From contig NC_042997.1 of NCBI RefSeq assembly GCF_006345805.1, positions 87,234,001 to 87,298,000 of the forward strand: 64,000 nt of DNA. Direction: 5' to 3'. Numbering within the stretch: the first letter of the stretch is position 1; each line of letters begins with the position of its first letter. Below are positions 61,343 through 64,000 of the stretch, piece after piece. The position numbers and the translations under genes were made by a program. The stretch comes from Octopus sinensis (lineage: Eukaryota). Under the pieces are notes generated by a model. The model worked only from the letters and a program-made list of their open reading frames with translations, had not been told where the DNA came from and ran no database searches.

Positions 61343-61813
61343 CTGGAAACAAAACACAGTTAGAAGATATCATTCTCTATATAAACAACCATTTTATTTG
61401 TTATTTAGTTGAGAAGCAAGAGCTTCAAGAATTTGTACTATTCAATTTCTTGCTTATATTTCTTTTGTTTTATGTGTGTGTGTGTGTGAGAGCGTATAAA
61501 TAAATCATTACTACCATCATGGTTTTAATATCTATTTTTCCCTGCTCACACAAACACATACACACATGAATGACATATATATGATATAGATTAAAACAGT
61601 TTGATTCAAATTTGTTGGTACTCTTGAGTTTCAAGTGTAATGCTAATCGTCAGCCATTTGTAGATAGTTAAAGAGACACTGATGAAATACCAACACAGCA
61701 CTGAAACTTATCTCTCTTTTTCTGTCTATGATGATAGTGAGTACAAAGACAAGGTATTTACATCTGTCTATTCATATAAGGTTGGCTAAAAATTGAAGGA
61801 TATATTATATAGT

Positions 61814-62310
61814 ATCATCATCATCATCATCATCAACATTTAACGACTGTTTTCCATGCTGGCATGGGTTGGATGGCATGACAGGAACTGGCAAAGCCAG
61901 GGGCTGAACCAAGTTCTATAGTCTGTCTTGTCTTCGTTTCTGCCCTTCATAACACCAACTATTCCACAGAGTGTACTGTGTGCATTTTATATGGGACCAT
62001 CACCCACACCAATACTTTTCTGTTGTGGTGGGTGTGTCTTCTTGAGTACAGCAATGTGCCACATATCTTGGTCCTCTGTCATCTCCTTTGTAAGGTTCAG
62101 CATTTTGAGATCAGCCTTCAATACTTCTTTTTTCCCCAAGTTTTCCTAGGTCTCCTTCTTCCTCAACTTTCTTCCACATTTAAGTGATCAGCACTTCTTT
62201 ATGCAACTATCCTCAACCATGTGCATCACATGACAAAACCAATGCAGTAAACTCTCTTGCACACTGCATCTAATTCCTTTTATGCCCAACTTCTCTCTCT
62301 ATACACCAAT
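61814..62310 (-). mobile_element. Decayed RTE LINE 3' fragment
   Basis: (CAT)n tail at 61814, catgctggcatgggttgga block and an RT C-terminal remnant. Confidence 0.7.
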
Positions 62311-62829
62311 GCTCTGTCACACATACACAACTAATTAACCTATTAAAATTCAAACTGATTGAATTCATGATAATGCTATTTGTTGAAATCATCTATCCAT
62401 TCTATAAATCTTAGTGGCAGTTTTTGTTAGAATGAAAATGCTTACTGAAATCATGCAGTTGGTCAAATTAGCATTTATGTAAGGAATACATTGACATACC
62501 AAATACCATTAGCATATTAGCATTATCTAAGTCAAATGTTTAATCCTTTTGACATCAACTTTACCTGAGTCCTGTAAAGTGATTGGTGTTCAGAAGGGCT
62601 TCCAGCTGTCAAAACTATATCAAAACTGACCCTGTTTGTGCTTGTGCCATGTAAAAAGCACTCAGCCCACTCTGCTGGGTGGTTGGTGTTAGGAAAGACA
62701 TTCAGTTGTAAAAACGCTGCCAAAACAGACACAGAAGTTTGGTGCAGGCTCCTGTCAAACCATCCAACCCATGCCAGCATGGAAGGCGAACGTTAAACGA
62801 TAATGATGATGAAATTGAAAAGAAAGCCT

Positions 62830-62859
62830 GTTGTGTGTGGTGTGTGAGTGTGTGTGTGT

Positions 62860-62896
<37 letters not shown>

Positions 62897-62917
62897 TGTG
62901 TGTGTGTGTGTGTGTAT
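62830..62917. repeat. (GT)n compound microsatellite
   Basis: Long GT dinucleotide run interrupted by ga. Confidence 0.9.
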
Positions 62918-63165
62918 TTAGTTATGTATGAATGTACGTATGTATGTATGCATGCATGAGTGTATGTATCTTTGGGTCTCCTTGCCTTCACATAATGTTG
63001 CAAATGAATGTCATTCATTTTTAGTATTCTGTGAAAATGTCTGGCCATGGGGAAATATTACCTTGTTTGGAAAGAGGTAAGGAGAGGATCCAGCTGCAGA
63101 AAACCAGCCACAGTAAAACTTCCACCAACCCATGCAAGTATAGAAAAGTAGACATTATAACGATA

Positions 63166-63197
<32 letters not shown>

Positions 63198-63246
63198 AAG
63201 CATTGTATTTCAACAGAAATAGAAAAGTGTTAAGCACAGTACTTAC

Positions 63247-64000
63247 TACATAACCAGATGGGACCTCTCCAGTTGCTGTTGCCACCAAACATATTAGTAG
63301 GTGATTCTCCTGGAGAATATCTCAGGATTCTGTTGTTAGCTCTCTTTACAGGTATATCATCATCACTTTCCTCTTCTTCTATTACATTTTTATCATCCAT
63401 TTGCATGTCACTTTCAAGATTTGTAGAACTCTCCTCTTGATCGGCTTCAGTCTGTTCAGCAGTTGCCATAATAATTATAGATGACTTCTCATCTTCACTC
63501 TCCTCTTCCTCCTCCTCCTCTTCTTCTTCTTCTATTTCTTCCTCTTCTTCTTCTTCTTCTTCCTCACTAACTTTCTCACTTTCTTCCTCACTAACTTTCT
63601 CACTTTCTTCCTCACTAACTTTCTCACTTTCTTCCTCACTAACTTTCTCACTTTCTTCCTCATTTTCTTTCTTGCTTTCTTCCTCATTTTCTTTCTTGCT
63701 TTCTTCCTCATTTTCTTTCTTGCTTTCTTCCTCATTTTCTTTCTTGCTTTCTTCCTCATTTTCTTCCTCTTTTTCCTTTTTTTCCTCTGTTTCATTTTCT
63801 TTCTCCTTTTCTTTCTCTCTCTCTTTTCTCTCTCTCTCTCTTTCTTCTCGCTCTCTTTTTTTTTTCTCTTTCTTTTCTTTTATTCTTTCTTCTCTCTCTC
63901 TCTTTTTTCTTTCTCTCTTTTCTCGCATTCTTTCTTCTCTCTCTCTTTTTTTTTTCTCTCTCCTTTCTCTCACTCTTTCTTGTCTCTCTCTTTCTTGTCT
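63247..64000 (-). CDS. GH63-like glycoside hydrolase exon, 5' end outside the window: E/K/R-rich tract, then RYSPGESPTNMFGGNSNWRGPIWLC
   Basis: The frame is open from the window edge to the gtaagt donor at 63246. The GGNSNWRGPIW signature splices in phase to the 61342 exon. Coding status of the low-complexity part is less certain than that of the last ~30 codons. Confidence 0.8.
63561..63752 (-). repeat. In-frame 24-nt tandem array: 4x EEESKKEN-type plus 4x EEESEKVS-type units
   Basis: Plus-strand units tcctcactaactttctcactttct x4 (63561-63656) and tcctcattttctttcttgctttct x4 (63657-63752). Confidence 0.92.

Noticed and set aside
63532-63795. 87-aa K/R-rich ORF
   Set aside because: Shadow frame of the purine-rich 24-nt repeat. 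It does not connect to the conserved GH63 motif.
57238-64000. Bacterial contamination or very recent HGT as the source of the GH63 sequence
   Set aside because: The gene has GT-AG spliceosomal introns filled with host SINEs and RTE fragments, and host-like AT-rich codons.

Overview
AT-rich, repeat-dense eukaryotic genomic DNA. The SINE/RTE repertoire and microsatellites suggest an octopod cephalopod (inference). Three spliced protein-coding genes were reconstructed by hand with canonical or explainable splice sites. (1) BUD31, + strand, 4 coding exons, 144 aa, with a GC-AG intron 2. (2) DERL1 (Derlin-1), + strand, 8 coding exons, 247 aa, with a U12-type (minor spliceosome) intron 3 and a 27-nt micro-exon. 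(3) The last four exons of a GH63-like glycoside hydrolase (YMR196W-like, a type best known from bacteria and fungi), - strand, running off the right edge and preceded in frame by a >200-codon E/K/R-rich tract that includes 24-nt tandem repeats. A 10-nt candidate first coding exon (M-P-R-G) lies head-to-head with BUD31 and may be PDAP1, its head-to-head neighbour in human. The remainder is transposable elements: a young RTE LINE carrying a PHD finger, nested in one arm of a fold-back element; an RNase H-bearing I-group LINE; Penelope, HERO/R2-like, CR1/L2 and gypsy gag remnants; Tc1/mariner, Tigger/pogo, CMC-type, hAT, piggyBac-like and Helentron elements; and several tRNA-derived SINE families. 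No tRNA, rRNA or CRISPR array is supported. Most short ORFs in the supplied track are artefacts of repeats. Gene exon coordinates were counted by hand; transposon boundaries are approximate unless TIRs or TSDs are given.
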